From assembly GCA_046727715.1 (NCBI GenBank), contig JBKPDC010000266.1, positions 1-37,270 of the forward strand: 37,270 nt of DNA, in the 5' to 3' direction. Under the pieces are notes generated by a model. That model saw only the letters and a program-made list of their open reading frames with translations, had not been told where the DNA came from and made no database searches. The DNA is from Thermodesulfobacteriota bacterium (lineage in GTDB: Bacteria; Desulfobacterota; Binatia; DP-6). Position numbers and translations under genes: made by a program. Of this stretch, positions 25,569-35,326 are shown in pieces. How positions within the stretch are numbered: the first letter of the stretch is position 1; each line of letters begins with the position of its first letter.

Positions 25569-26579
25569 ATGCTCGAACCCACACCGGACGCGCCAAGCGG
25601 CGCCGACCTCCATGGCCTCCTCGCCCGCCTGGGCGATGCGAGCTACTCGGAGGAGCGCTGTGCGGCCATCGCCGACCTGGTCGGCGAGATCCAGACGCTG
25701 AAGCGCGCGCGCAACGCCGTGATCCTCGCCCACAACTACCAGCGGCCGGAGATCTTCCAGGTGGCCGACTTCGTCGGCGATTCCCTCGAGCTGGCCCGGG
25801 AGGCCACCAAGGTCGAGGCCCACGTGATCGTCTTCTGCGGCGTCCACTTCATGGCCGAGACGGCGAAGATCCTGAATCCGAGCCGGACGGTCATCCTCCC
25901 CGACCTGCGCGCTGGCTGCTCGCTCGCCGACAGCGTCACGGCGGAGGACCTCGCCGAGCGCAGGGAGGAGCTGCGGCGGGTGTACCCCGACCTCGCCGTG
26001 GTCGGCTACGTGAACACCACCGCCGACGTGAAGGCCGAGTGCGACGTCTGCTGCACCAGCTCCAACGCCGTGCGGGTGGTCGAAGCGCTTCCGAGCGAGC
26101 ACATCCTGTTCGTGCCCGATCGCAACCTGGCCGCGCACGTGCAGTCCCAGACTGCGAAGACCATCATCGCCTGGGACGGCAACTGCTACGTGCACCAGCA
26201 GATCACGCCGGAGCAGATCGCCGCGGTACGCGCCGCACTGCCGCAGGTGAAGATCCTCGCGCATCCCGAGTGCCGCCAGGACGTCCTGGCCCTGGCCGAT
26301 GCCGTGCTCAGCACGAGTGGCATGGTGCGCTACGCCAAGGAGAGCCCGGAGCGCGAGTTCCTGGTGGTGACCGAGTGCGGGCTGTCCGACCGGCTGCTTC
26401 TCGAGGTCCCCGAGAAGCGCTTCTACAAGAGCTGCAAGCTCTGCGCCTACATGAAGATGATCACGCTCGAGGGGACGCGGGACGCGCTGCGCGATCTGGG
26501 GCCGGAGATCACGCTGCCGGAAGACGTCCGGGTGCGAGCGGCGCGCGCGCTCGAGCGCATGCTCGAGCTGGGAGGGTGA
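25569..26579 (+). CDS. nadA: quinolinate synthase
   Basis: ATG at 25569 is preceded by GGGAG 5 nt upstream. Motifs: AVILAHNYQRPEIQ-like, FCGVHFMAETAKILNP, VGYVNTTADVKAECDVCCTSSNA, ILAHPEC, LVVTECG. Confidence 0.9.
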   Translation: MLEPTPDAPSGADLHGLLARLGDASYSEERCAAIADLVGEIQTLKRARNAVILAHNYQRPEIFQVADFVGDSLELAREATKVEAHVIVFCGVHFMAETAKILNPSRTVILPDLRAGCSLADSVTAEDLAERREELRRVYPDLAVVGYVNTTADVKAECDVCCTSSNAVRVVEALPSEHILFVPDRNLAAHVQSQTAKTIIAWDGNCYVHQQITPEQIAAVRAALPQVKILAHPECRQDVLALADAVLSTSGMVRYAKESPEREFLVVTECGLSDRLLLEVPEKRFYKSCKLCAYMKMITLEGTRDALRDLGPEITLPEDVRVRAARALERMLELGG

Positions 26580-27241
26580 GCGCGCAGGCGGCACCGGTCG
26601 TCGCGGTCGACGTCGCCGTGTTCACGGTCCGGGCGGGTGTCCTGCTCGTGCTGCTCGTCCGGGCGCACAGCGGACCGTTCGCCGGCTGCTGGGCGCTGCC
26701 GGGCGGACGCGTGCGGGAGGACGAGTCGCTCGACGACGCCGCCGCGCGCGAGCTGCGGGCACAGGCCGCCGTCGGCGACGTCTATCTGGAGCAGCTCTAC
26801 AGCTTCGGCCATCCGCAGCGCGACCCGCACGGCCGCGTGGTGTCGGTCGCGTACGTCGGGCTGGTGGCAGACCCCGAGCGCGTCACGGGTCCGGCCACCG
26901 ACGGCAAGTACGAGGCAGTGGTCTGGCAGCCCGTGTCGCGCCTCCCCGCCCTCGCCTACGACCACGCCGCGGTCGCGCGGCTCGCCGTCGCCCGGCTGCG
27001 CGCGAAGCTCCAGTACACGAACCTCGCCTACACGCTCCTCCCGGCCACCTTCACGCTGGGCGAGCTGCAGTCCCTCTACGAGGCCATCCTCGGCCGGCAG
27101 CTCGACCGCCGCAACTTCCGTCGCAAAGTGCTGTCGCTCGGGCTGCTCCGACCACTGGGGCGTATGCGCCGCGGGGCGCACCGCCCGGCGGCCCTCTATG
27201 CCTTTCGCAGCCGACGCCCGATGAGCGTGTCCGTGCTCTGA
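26576..27241 (+). CDS. nrtR: NrtR-like Nudix-related transcriptional regulator (Nudix domain with degenerate catalytic box plus C-terminal winged helix)
   Basis: GTG at 26576 overlaps the nadA TGA (GTGA). The Nudix box GGRVREDESLDDAAARELRAQAAV has AQ in place of the catalytic EE. The C-terminal part, FTLGELQSLYEAILGRQLDRRNFRRKVLSLGLL, is wHTH-like. Confidence 0.7.
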   Translation: MSAQAAPVVAVDVAVFTVRAGVLLVLLVRAHSGPFAGCWALPGGRVREDESLDDAAARELRAQAAVGDVYLEQLYSFGHPQRDPHGRVVSVAYVGLVADPERVTGPATDGKYEAVVWQPVSRLPALAYDHAAVARLAVARLRAKLQYTNLAYTLLPATFTLGELQSLYEAILGRQLDRRNFRRKVLSLGLLRPLGRMRRGAHRPAALYAFRSRRPMSVSVL

Positions 27242-27275
27242 CTTGCCCCATCAGGGTACGCTGCGGTAGACGCGC

Positions 27276-28358
27276 GTGGCCGGTCGGCGCCTCATCGTGG
27301 AACCTCGAGCTGACAGCCCGCGCACCCCGTCCCGTCTCCTGCTCATAGGGGCCGCTCTCGTCGGCCTGGCCCTCCTGGTCGCGCTCGTGCTCCTGGCCGA
27401 CGCGCGGGCGCTGGTCGACACCGCCAAGGGCATCCCCCCGTCGGGCCTGATCGGACCCCTGGTGTTCTCGTTCCTCTCGTATGCCGCCATGGCGCGCTCG
27501 TACCAGGGCATCGCGGACCTCGCCGGCCAGCGCCTGCGGTTCCCGGTCTGGCTGCGCATCACGTTCGTCTCCAACACCGTGAACTACGTGGTCACCAGCG
27601 CCGGGCTCTCGGGGTTCGCCGTGCGGATGTTCCTGCTCTCGCAGTACGGCGTGGCCTCGGGCCGCGCCGTCCTCATCTCGCTGGTACAGACCTTCCTCAC
27701 CAACTTCACGCTGCTCTTCTTCATCCTCGGCGGCTTCGTGTCGCTGGTGATCCGCCAGCAGCTCACCGGCGCCGCCCTGGTCGTCGCCACCGCCGCCCTG
27801 GCTGCGTTCGGGGGCGTGCTGATCTACGCACTCGTCCTGGTCATCAACCGCCGGCTGCGGCGCCTGACGCTCTTCTGGATCGGCAGGACCGCGCATCGCG
27901 TGCTCCGTCGGTTCGCCCCCGGTCGCACGCCGGACCTGGTCCGGTTCTGGCGCTACCAGCACAACCTCGATCGCGGGATCGAATTCCTGCTCTCGCGGAA
28001 GCGCGGCATGATCGCCCCGACGGCGTGGATCACGTTCGACTGGGTCCTGACGAGCGGGATCCTGTGGGCAGCCTTCCGCGGCGTGTCCCACCCCCTTCCG
28101 CCCGGGCTCGTAATGGTGGGGTTCGGCGTCGGCCTCTTCTTCTCGCTGGTGTCCTTCGTGCCCGGCGGTCTCGGGATCATGGAGGGTTCGATGACCGCCG
28201 TGTTCATGAGCCTCGGCGTGCCGCTCCAGAAGGCGGTCGTGGCGGTGCTGATCTTCCGGTTGACCTATCACGTCCTCCCACTCGTCGTCAGCGTATTCCT
28301 GTTCCATGGCGTGTTTCGCGCCGCGCAGCGGAGCTTCGCGGCGCTCCAGCGGAGTTGA
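27276..28358 (+). CDS. flippase-like / lysylphosphatidylglycerol-synthase transmembrane-region family (UPF0104) membrane protein
   Basis: 360-aa polytopic ORF with a GTG start at 27276. Pattern: SFLSYAAMARSYQ...TVNYVVTSAGLSGFAVRMFLL...VPGGLGIMEGSMTAV. Confidence 0.7.
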   Translation: MAGRRLIVEPRADSPRTPSRLLLIGAALVGLALLVALVLLADARALVDTAKGIPPSGLIGPLVFSFLSYAAMARSYQGIADLAGQRLRFPVWLRITFVSNTVNYVVTSAGLSGFAVRMFLLSQYGVASGRAVLISLVQTFLTNFTLLFFILGGFVSLVIRQQLTGAALVVATAALAAFGGVLIYALVLVINRRLRRLTLFWIGRTAHRVLRRFAPGRTPDLVRFWRYQHNLDRGIEFLLSRKRGMIAPTAWITFDWVLTSGILWAAFRGVSHPLPPGLVMVGFGVGLFFSLVSFVPGGLGIMEGSMTAVFMSLGVPLQKAVVAVLIFRLTYHVLPLVVSVFLFHGVFRAAQRSFAALQRS

Positions 28359-28448
28359 CAGCGCCGCACCCGACCACTACAGGTCGCCGCGCATGGGTGG
28401 GGTGGCGAGGACGGTGGGAAGCCTCGGCCGTCGGAACGTGGCCGGACG

Positions 28449-29213
28449 ATGACGATCCGCTGTCCCGGCTGCGACACGGCCTACCACGTCCCGCCATGGT
28501 CGGACCTGGGTAACCACCCGCTGTTCCGGTGCTCGCGCTGCGAGCACGTCTTCGACCCCGAGGCGGGAGCGGAGGGTCCCACGCTCCTGGGTGACGACGA
28601 CGGGCCCGACGCTCTGCAGGAGCCCGACGACGAGGAGGTAGCCGCCGTCGCGAGCGACGAGCCGCCTCGCCGGCAGCGGTCGGCCGCGCGCTTCGCCCTG
28701 CGTGCCCTAATGGCGGTCTCGCTCGGTTTCGCGCTGCTGTCGATCTACATCTTCATGCACGGCGGGCGGGTCGCCGAGCTGCTCGCGCAGGTCCCTGTGG
28801 TCGGTCCGGATCTGGCCGCGATGCGCCTCAACCCGGCGCACGTGCAGCTCACCGACGTACGGGGTGAGTACGCGCGCGCGCAGGGCGACACCCTCGTCTT
28901 CGTGATCACCGGCCGAGCGATCAACAACGCGCCGGTTCCGGTGAGCGCCATCGAGATCCAGGGCAGCGTCGCCGGTGTGCGCGAGCAGCGACGAGTGGTC
29001 TTCGCGGGCGCGGCACCCCATCGCGTGGACGACCTGTCCGAGCGCGAGATCGACCTCCTCCAGACGCTCCAGCCGCCCCAGGACTGGCGGCTGCTGCCTG
29101 GTGAGGAGGGGGATTTCCTGATCGCGTTCGTCGACCCGCCGATGCCGCTACGGGAGTTCGCCGTCGAGGTGGCAGCGGTGCGACGTCGCAGGCGGTCGGG
29201 AGGGGCCGAGTAG
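28449..29213 (+). CDS. MJ0042-type zinc-ribbon / DUF3426-like membrane-anchored protein
   Basis: MTIRCPGCDTAYHV...FRCSRCEHVF zinc ribbon, then an acidic linker, one TM helix (ALRALMAVSLGFALLSIYIF) and a C-terminal beta domain. Confidence 0.75.
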   Translation: MTIRCPGCDTAYHVPPWSDLGNHPLFRCSRCEHVFDPEAGAEGPTLLGDDDGPDALQEPDDEEVAAVASDEPPRRQRSAARFALRALMAVSLGFALLSIYIFMHGGRVAELLAQVPVVGPDLAAMRLNPAHVQLTDVRGEYARAQGDTLVFVITGRAINNAPVPVSAIEIQGSVAGVREQRRVVFAGAAPHRVDDLSEREIDLLQTLQPPQDWRLLPGEEGDFLIAFVDPPMPLREFAVEVAAVRRRRRSGGAE

Positions 29214-29228
29214 GCTTTCGGCGTCGGT

Positions 29229-29254
29229 GCGGGGGGGCGAGGGGTCGCCCCCGC
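29229..29254. terminator. GC-rich hairpin between convergent genes (terminator-like, no U-tract)
   Basis: GCGGGGGGGCGA-GGGG-TCGCCCCCGC: an 8-bp stem plus 2 bp across a GG bulge. Confidence 0.3.
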
Positions 29255-29322
29255 CGAACGGTCTGCGCCGCATCGCCCCCGAGCGCGCGCGACGGCTCTC
29301 GGTGTGGCGCGTGGGAGGGAAC

Positions 29323-29529
29323 CTACGCGTCGGGCTTTGGTGGCGTCGAGGGCTTGTCGGGCGTGACGTCGATCTCGGGGGGCTCCTTCATGCCCTTCTT
29401 GAATGACTGGATGCCCTTGCCGAGGCTTCCCATGACCTCGGGCAGGCGGCCGGCGCCGAAGACCAGGAGGACGATCACCAGGATGATCACCAGCTCGCCC
29501 ATGCCCATCCCGAACATGGACGCGATCAT
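29323..29529 (-). CDS. tatA: twin-arginine translocase subunit TatA/E
   Basis: ATG at 29529 has GGGAAGG 7 nt upstream. Product: [47 protein letters not shown]. Confidence 0.9.
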   Translation of the reverse strand: MIASMFGMGMGELVIILVIVLLVFGAGRLPEVMGSLGKGIQSFKKGMKEPPEIDVTPDKPSTPPKPDA

Positions 29530-29560
29530 AAGCAGGCCTTCCCGCGCACGCAAGCTGGCG

Positions 29561-29589
29561 TTGCGCGGGCCGGGGAGCCCTCCTATATT
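29561..29589 (+). promoter_or_regulatory. sigma70-like promoter (TTGCGC-N17-TATATT) for the radical SAM gene; predicts a leaderless mRNA
   Basis: The -10 hexamer ends 10 nt before the ATG at 29600. There is no SD. The geometry is identical to the TetR promoter at 5398-5425. Confidence 0.4.
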
Positions 29590-29599
29590 CGCGCCCTCG

Positions 29600-32428
29600 A
29601 TGCTTCGGACTTTTCGGACCGAGTACGAGCGGCTGCTTCCCTCGGTCGAGAAGCCGGGCCGCTATCTGGGCGACGAACGTGGCGCGGTCCGCAAGGACCT
29701 CGCGAGGGTCCCGGTGCGCTTCGCGCTCTGCTTCCCCGAGGTGTACGAGATCGCCCAGTCCCACCTGGGACTCCAGATTCTCTACGATCTCCTGAACCGC
29801 CGGCCCGACGTCGCCGCCGAACGCTGCTACGCACCTTGGGTGGACCTGGAGGCGGAGCTGCGCGCGCGGGGCCTGCCGCTCGTGTCGCTCGAGAGCCACC
29901 TCGCGCTGCGCGACTTCCACGTCATCGGCTTCAGTCTCCAGTACGAGCTCACCTACGCCAACCTGCTCACGATGCTCGAGCTGGGCGGCATCCCGCTGCG
30001 CAGCGTCCAGCGCGGTCCGGACGACCCGGTGGTGATCGCCGGCGGCCCGAGCGCGTTCAACCCCGAGCCGCTGGCTCCCTTTCTCGACGCCGTGGTCCTG
30101 GGTGACGGCGAGGAGGTGGTGGGGCAGATCGTCGATGCGGTCCGCGCCTGGGACCATCGCGACCGCATCGCGCTCTTGCGCGCGCTCGCGACGCTCCCCG
30201 GCGTCTACGTCCCCGCGTTCTTCGCCCCGCGCTACCATCCCGACGGCACCCTCGCCGCGGTGACGCCGCTCGATCCCGAACGGCCCACCGTCGCGAAGCG
30301 CGTCCTGCCCGACCTCGACGCTTTTCCGCCGCCCGCCAATCCGATCGTGCCGAACCTCGGCGTGGTGCACGACCGCGCCAGCGTCGAGGTGATGCGCGGC
30401 TGCGTGAAGGGCTGCCGCTTCTGTCAGGCGGGCTACATCTACCGTCCGCTGCGCGAGCGCAACCCCGAGCGGGTGGCCGCGTCCACGCGCGAGCTGATGG
30501 CACGCACGGGCTACGAGGAGGTGTCGCTGCTGTCGCTCTCGACCGGCGACTACAGCGGCGTCAACCCCGTGCTCAAGTCGCTCATGGACGAGTTCGCACC
30601 GCGCCACGTCGCGGTGTCGTTGCCGTCGACGCGCGTGGACGCGCTGTCGCCGCGCATCCTGGAGGAGATCCGGCGGGTCAGAAAGACCGGCTTCACGCTC
30701 GCGCCCGAGGCGGGGACGCAGCGCCTGCGCGACGTCATCCAGAAGGAGTACCGCGAGGAAGAGCTGCTCGCTGCGGCGCGGCTGTTCGCCGACCTCGGGT
30801 GGCGGAGCCTCAAGCTCTATTTCATGATCGGGCTCCCGAGCGAAACCGAGGAGGACGTGGTCGGCATCGCCGAGCTGGCCGGACGCGTGCAGCGCGCGGC
30901 GCGCGGGCGCCTCCGGGTGACCGCCAGCGTCTCCACGTTCTCCCCCAAGCCGCACACGCCGTTCCAGTGGGCGGCCCAGCTCGACACCCAGGAGACGCAG
31001 GCCCGGCAGGCGCTGCTTCGCCGCGAGCTCGGCCGTCGCGGCGTCGAGTTCCGCTGGCACGACAGCCAGCTCTCGTGGCTCGAAGGCGTGTTCGCACGGG
31101 GCGATCGCCGGCTGGCCGACGTCATCGAGACGGCGCAGCGCGCCGGGGCCCGCTTCGACGGCTGGTCCGATCACTGCCGCCTCGACGTCTGGCGCGATGC
31201 GCTCGCCGCGCACGGTCTCGATGCCGCGTTCTACCTCCGCCGCCGGCCGCTCGGCGAGGTGCTCCCCTGGACGCATCTCGACGCCGGCGTGAGCGACCGC
31301 TTCCTGCGCCAGGACCTGGCGCGCGCCGTCGAGGGCCGGCTCACGCCGGACTGCTCGATCGAGCGCTGCACCTACTGCGGCGCGTGCGATTTCCGAGCCG
31401 TGCGCAACGTCGACTACCACCCTGCCGGCGCCAAGGGCACGGATCATCGCGGCGCCCGCGTCTCGCGTTGGGCGGAGATGCTGGTGCCGACGTCGGAGGG
31501 CGACGCGCTGCCGGAGTGGGAAACGCGCACCTGGCGGCGCATCCGCACCGACGTGGCCACGCGCCGCGCGGCGCGCCTGCCGGTCGCCGCGGCGCCGCAC
31601 GCGGTCGATGCGGCCCCGCTCCCTGCCACCCTCGCGACCGCGGACCCGGCAGTCGGGTCCGCGAGCGGCGAAGGCAACGCGGAAGAGTGGCTCGGCGCTG
31701 TGCCGTCGTCGCTTGCACCTGCGGCTCCCGCACCTCCCGCCGTCCAGCGCGTGCGGCTCCGCTATCGCAAGGTCGGGACGGCGCGCTTCATCGGGACGCG
31801 CGAGCTGAGCACCGTGTTTGCGCGCGCCGCGCGCCGGGCGGATCTGCCGGTCGCGTTCTCGCGGGGCCACCACCCGCTACCGAAGCTGTCCTTCGGACCT
31901 GCGCTGCCGCTGGGCGCGTCCAGCGAGGACGAGCTGCTCGACGTCGAGCTGAGCGACGCCGTCCCGGCGGCGGAGGTGCGCGCCCGCCTCGCCCCCGAGC
32001 TGCCCCACGGGCTCGAGCTGCTGGGCGCCGTGGAGGTTCCGCGCACCGCGCGCAGCATCGACCACTCGGTGGCGGGATTCCGCTGGGAGGTCGACCTTGG
32101 CGGCCTGCCGGACCCGCCCGCCCCCGCCGCCGTGACGGCGGCCGTGTCCCGCTTCCGCCGTGGCGCGGCATTGCCGGTGCGGAAGGCGGGCAAGCGCGGG
32201 GAGCGGATCGTCGACGGCCGGCAAGCCGTCACGGCGCTCGAGATGGTGGCGCCGCAGCGCCTCGCGCTGGAGATCGCCGTCGGACCGGACGGCACGCTGC
32301 GGCCGAGCGCGATCGTCGCCGCACTGCTCGAGCTCCCGCCGGACGCGCTCCCCGCGCTCCGCACCCACAAGCTCGCCACCCGCTTTCGCGCCGCCCCCGA
32401 CGCCGCGGCCGGCACGCCGCCGCCCTAG
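29600..32428 (+). CDS. B12-binding-domain radical SAM protein (TIGR03960-like) fused to a DUF2344/TIGR03936-like domain
   Basis: ATG at 29600 (residue 83 of ORF 29354..32428). Radical SAM motif is [15 protein letters not shown] low-complexity linker of about 110 aa (~31420-31750) is followed by [56 protein letters not shown]. Confidence 0.85.
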   Translation: MLRTFRTEYERLLPSVEKPGRYLGDERGAVRKDLARVPVRFALCFPEVYEIAQSHLGLQILYDLLNRRPDVAAERCYAPWVDLEAELRARGLPLVSLESHLALRDFHVIGFSLQYELTYANLLTMLELGGIPLRSVQRGPDDPVVIAGGPSAFNPEPLAPFLDAVVLGDGEEVVGQIVDAVRAWDHRDRIALLRALATLPGVYVPAFFAPRYHPDGTLAAVTPLDPERPTVAKRVLPDLDAFPPPANPIVPNLGVVHDRASVEVMRGCVKGCRFCQAGYIYRPLRERNPERVAASTRELMARTGYEEVSLLSLSTGDYSGVNPVLKSLMDEFAPRHVAVSLPSTRVDALSPRILEEIRRVRKTGFTLAPEAGTQRLRDVIQKEYREEELLAAARLFADLGWRSLKLYFMIGLPSETEEDVVGIAELAGRVQRAARGRLRVTASVSTFSPKPHTPFQWAAQLDTQETQARQALLRRELGRRGVEFRWHDSQLSWLEGVFARGDRRLADVIETAQRAGARFDGWSDHCRLDVWRDALAAHGLDAAFYLRRRPLGEVLPWTHLDAGVSDRFLRQDLARAVEGRLTPDCSIERCTYCGACDFRAVRNVDYHPAGAKGTDHRGARVSRWAEMLVPTSEGDALPEWETRTWRRIRTDVATRRAARLPVAAAPHAVDAAPLPATLATADPAVGSASGEGNAEEWLGAVPSSLAPAAPAPPAVQRVRLRYRKVGTARFIGTRELSTVFARAARRADLPVAFSRGHHPLPKLSFGPALPLGASSEDELLDVELSDAVPAAEVRARLAPELPHGLELLGAVEVPRTARSIDHSVAGFRWEVDLGGLPDPPAPAAVTAAVSRFRRGAALPVRKAGKRGERIVDGRQAVTALEMVAPQRLALEIAVGPDGTLRPSAIVAALLELPPDALPALRTHKLATRFRAAPDAAAGTPPP

Positions 32429-32441
32429 CTCGCCGCCGCCC

Positions 32442-33977
32442 GTGGCCAAGCAGATTCTCATCAACGCCGACCCGTGGGAGACGCGGGTCGCCGTCCTCGA
32501 CGAGACGACGCTGGTCGAGCTGTACGTGGAGCGCGGACGCAGCCACGGCATCGCCGGCAACGTCTACAAGGGCAAGGTGGTGCGCGTGCTCCCGGGCATG
32601 CAGGCCGCCTTCGTCGACGTGGGCCTCGACAAGGCGGCGTTCCTCCACGTCTCCGACCTCATGGCGCCGGACGAGGCGCCAGGCGCCGACGCGGCCGACG
32701 AAGAGGTCCTCGAACCGGATGCGACGGGCGACGACGACACCCCGCTGCCGCGCCGACAGACGACGCCGCTGCCACCCATCGAGCAGCGCCTGTCGAAGGG
32801 CGACGAGCTGCTGGTCCAGGTGGCGAAGGAGCCCATGGGGAGCAAGGGCGCCCGCGTCACCGCACACGTGTCGCTGCCCGGGCGCTACCTGGTGCTCATG
32901 CCCGGCACGCGCCACCTCGGTATCTCGCGCCGCATCGAGGACCCGGAGGAGCGTGACCGCTTGCGTGCCATCGTCGAGGCCGAGCGCGCGGCGGAGGGCG
33001 GCTTCATCGTGCGCACGGCATGCGAAGGCGCCTCGAAGCGCGAGATCCACGACGACATCCGCTTCCTCACCCGCCTATGGGCGCACGTCCGCAAGACGGC
33101 CGATTCGGCGAACTCGCCGGCGCTCATCCACCAGGACCTGGGTCTCGTGCTGCGCACCGTGCGCGACCTCTTCACCGCCGACGTCGAACGCCTCAGCGTG
33201 GACGCGGCACCCGCCCATGCCCGCGTGCGGGAGTTCGTCGAGGCCACCATGCCCCGGCTCGCGTCGCGCGTGCATCACTACCAGGGCGTCACCCCGCTCT
33301 TCGAGCAGCACGGCATCGAGGCCAAGATCACCCGCGCGCTCGACCGGCGGGTGTGGCTCAAGTCGGGGGGGTACCTCGTGATCGAGCAGACCGAGTCGCT
33401 CACCGCCATCGACGTCAACACCGGGCGCTACGTCGGCAAGAAGAGTCAGGAGGAGACCGTCCTCAAGACCAACCTGGAAGCGGCCACGCAGGTAGTGACG
33501 CAGCTCCGGCTGCGCAACCTGGGCGGGATCATCGTGATCGATTTCATCGACATGGAGGAGCCCGCCAACCGCAAGAAGGTGTTCGACGTCCTTCAAGAGG
33601 CGATGCGGTGCGACAAGGCGCGCACGAACATCCTGCGGATCTCGGAGCTCGGGCTCGTCGAGATGACGCGCAAGCGGACGCGGGAGAGCCTCGGGCAGCT
33701 GCTGAGCAGTCCGTGCCCGCATTGCGAGGGGACGGGGCGCGAGCGCTCGGCCGAGACGCGGGCGTACGATGCGCTCCGGCAGGCGCGGCACGCCGCCGCT
33801 ACACACACGGGATCGGGTCCCTTGGTCCTGCGCGTGCACCCCGACGTGGCGGATTTTCTGGCCGGGTCGGGAGCACACGGCCTCGAAGCGCTCGAGACGC
33901 AGATCGGCCGACACGTCACGGTCGAGGCGTCGGCCGACCTCGGCCCGGCGGCGGTGCAGGTGACGGCCGTCGCCTGA
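32442..33977 (+). CDS. rng: Rne/Rng-family ribonuclease (RNase G-like)
   Basis: GTG at 32442 (VAKQILINADPWETRVAVL). Motifs: S1 domain GNVYKGKVVRVLPGMQAAFVDVG, LTAIDVNTG, GGIIVIDFIDM, CPHCEGTG. Confidence 0.9.
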   Translation: MAKQILINADPWETRVAVLDETTLVELYVERGRSHGIAGNVYKGKVVRVLPGMQAAFVDVGLDKAAFLHVSDLMAPDEAPGADAADEEVLEPDATGDDDTPLPRRQTTPLPPIEQRLSKGDELLVQVAKEPMGSKGARVTAHVSLPGRYLVLMPGTRHLGISRRIEDPEERDRLRAIVEAERAAEGGFIVRTACEGASKREIHDDIRFLTRLWAHVRKTADSANSPALIHQDLGLVLRTVRDLFTADVERLSVDAAPAHARVREFVEATMPRLASRVHHYQGVTPLFEQHGIEAKITRALDRRVWLKSGGYLVIEQTESLTAIDVNTGRYVGKKSQEETVLKTNLEAATQVVTQLRLRNLGGIIVIDFIDMEEPANRKKVFDVLQEAMRCDKARTNILRISELGLVEMTRKRTRESLGQLLSSPCPHCEGTGRERSAETRAYDALRQARHAAATHTGSGPLVLRVHPDVADFLAGSGAHGLEALETQIGRHVTVEASADLGPAAVQVTAVA

Positions 33978-33984
33978 CGCCGCG

Positions 33985-34752
33985 TCACGCGCCGAAGCGG
34001 GTCTGGAGCCGTCGCATCCCGCGCAACCAGCGTTCGACGTCCTCGGCCTTGCGCCGCATGTACTCGGCCACCGTCGGGTGCGGGAGGATCAGGAAGCGCT
34101 CCTCGACCAGCGCCTGGACCACGGCATCGGCGATCCGCTCCGGCTCGAGCATACCGTCCACCCCCGCCACTCCGCCGCCAGGGACGGCGTCGGTCATCGC
34201 CGTCCGGACCGCTTGCGGACAGAGTACGGACACCTTGAGCCCGCGATCGCCGTAGGTGATCGCGAGCCACTCCGCGAACGCGACGGCCGCATGCTTGGTG
34301 ACGGCATAGGGCGCCGAGCCGATCTGCGAGAGGAGCCCCGCCGCCGACGCGGTGTGGAGCAGGTACCCGCCGCCGCGCGCCAGCATCCGCGGGACGAGGT
34401 GGCGGGCGGCCAGCACGTGGGCCATCACGTTCACCTCCCAGATGCGCTGCCAGTCGTTGGTCGGCACCTCGGGACCGCCGACCACGAGGATACCGGCGTT
34501 CGAGCAGAAGAGGTCAATCGGGCCGCAGCGCGTCTCCGTGTCATCGATCACCCGCCGGATGTCCTCCTCACGGGCGACGTCGGCCGGCATCGCGAGACCG
34601 CCAACGGATGCCGCAACGGCGCGCGCGCCGTCCGCGTCGCGATCGACGACGACGACGGCGCGCGCCCCCTCGGACGCGAAGCGTTCGGCGAGCGCTCGCC
34701 CGATCCCGCTCGCCCCGCCGGTGACGACGCATACCCGATCCCGCACGTGCAT
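33985..34752 (-). CDS. short-chain dehydrogenase/reductase
   Basis: ATG at 34752 is preceded by GGAGGAG. Motifs: VCVVTGGASGIGRALAE, NAGI, YAVTKHA (YxxxK). Confidence 0.9.
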   Translation of the reverse strand: MHVRDRVCVVTGGASGIGRALAERFASEGARAVVVVDRDADGARAVAASVGGLAMPADVAREEDIRRVIDDTETRCGPIDLFCSNAGILVVGGPEVPTNDWQRIWEVNVMAHVLAARHLVPRMLARGGGYLLHTASAAGLLSQIGSAPYAVTKHAAVAFAEWLAITYGDRGLKVSVLCPQAVRTAMTDAVPGGGVAGVDGMLEPERIADAVVQALVEERFLILPHPTVAEYMRRKAEDVERWLRGMRRLQTRFGA

Positions 34753-34882
34753 GAGCTCCTCCGCTCCGGACGCGATCGCGCGCCCGCGTCGTCGATAGCC
34801 CCTCGCGCGGCAAGCCGCCAGCACGCAGCGCGACGGCCACCCCGGAGGTGGCCGGCCGTCCAGAAGATGCTAGAGGCTTCGC

Positions 34883-35323
34883 ATGGACGAGCCGGCTCCG
34901 GCCCGCGTGGTCTTCCACGGCGCCCTCGTGCTGCTGATCGGCCTCCTCGCCGGCGTCCCGTACGGCCAGGCACTCGCGGGCGGGGGAGACGAACAGCTCG
35001 TGCGAGCCTGGCACACCGCGCACCTCGGCATCACGCCCGGCGGTCTCCTCGGCATCGCGACCGGGCCGGCGCTGCGCCACACGGCACTCGGCCCTCGCGC
35101 CCTGTCCTGGCTCGTCGGCTCGCTGCTGACGTCGATGTACGGGTTCGCGCTCGCGTTGCTGCTGGGCCCGCTCGCGGGCGTCCGGGGCCTCGTGCCGCAG
35201 GGTCCGCCGGCGAACGCGCTCGCCTTTGCCGGCAACATGGTCGCCTCGGTGGCGTCGTCGATCGCGGCGAGCCTGCTCGCGCTCGGGGCGTGGCAGCGGA
35301 TGCACGCCCGTCCGTCCCGATGA
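34883..35323 (+). CDS. integral membrane protein (146 aa, about 4 TM), family not recognised
   Basis: ATG at 34883 is preceded by AGAGG. The hydrophobic segments are Gly/Ala/Leu-rich. The stop lies 3 nt from the convergent thiO stop. Confidence 0.55.
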   Translation: MDEPAPARVVFHGALVLLIGLLAGVPYGQALAGGGDEQLVRAWHTAHLGITPGGLLGIATGPALRHTALGPRALSWLVGSLLTSMYGFALALLLGPLAGVRGLVPQGPPANALAFAGNMVASVASSIAASLLALGAWQRMHARPSR

Positions 35324-35326
35324 GGC

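Noticed and set aside
28745-31873. 1042-aa minus-strand ORF
   Set aside because: It is antisense to the DUF3426 gene and the radical SAM gene, and out of frame with tatA (same strand), all of which have clear family motifs. Its composition is dominated by R/A/G/P.
31751-32428. Separate DUF2344 gene starting at the in-frame GTG at 31751
   Set aside because: There is no stop codon between the radical SAM domain and this GTG, so the sequence as given encodes a fusion. Internal initiation cannot be excluded but is not supported.
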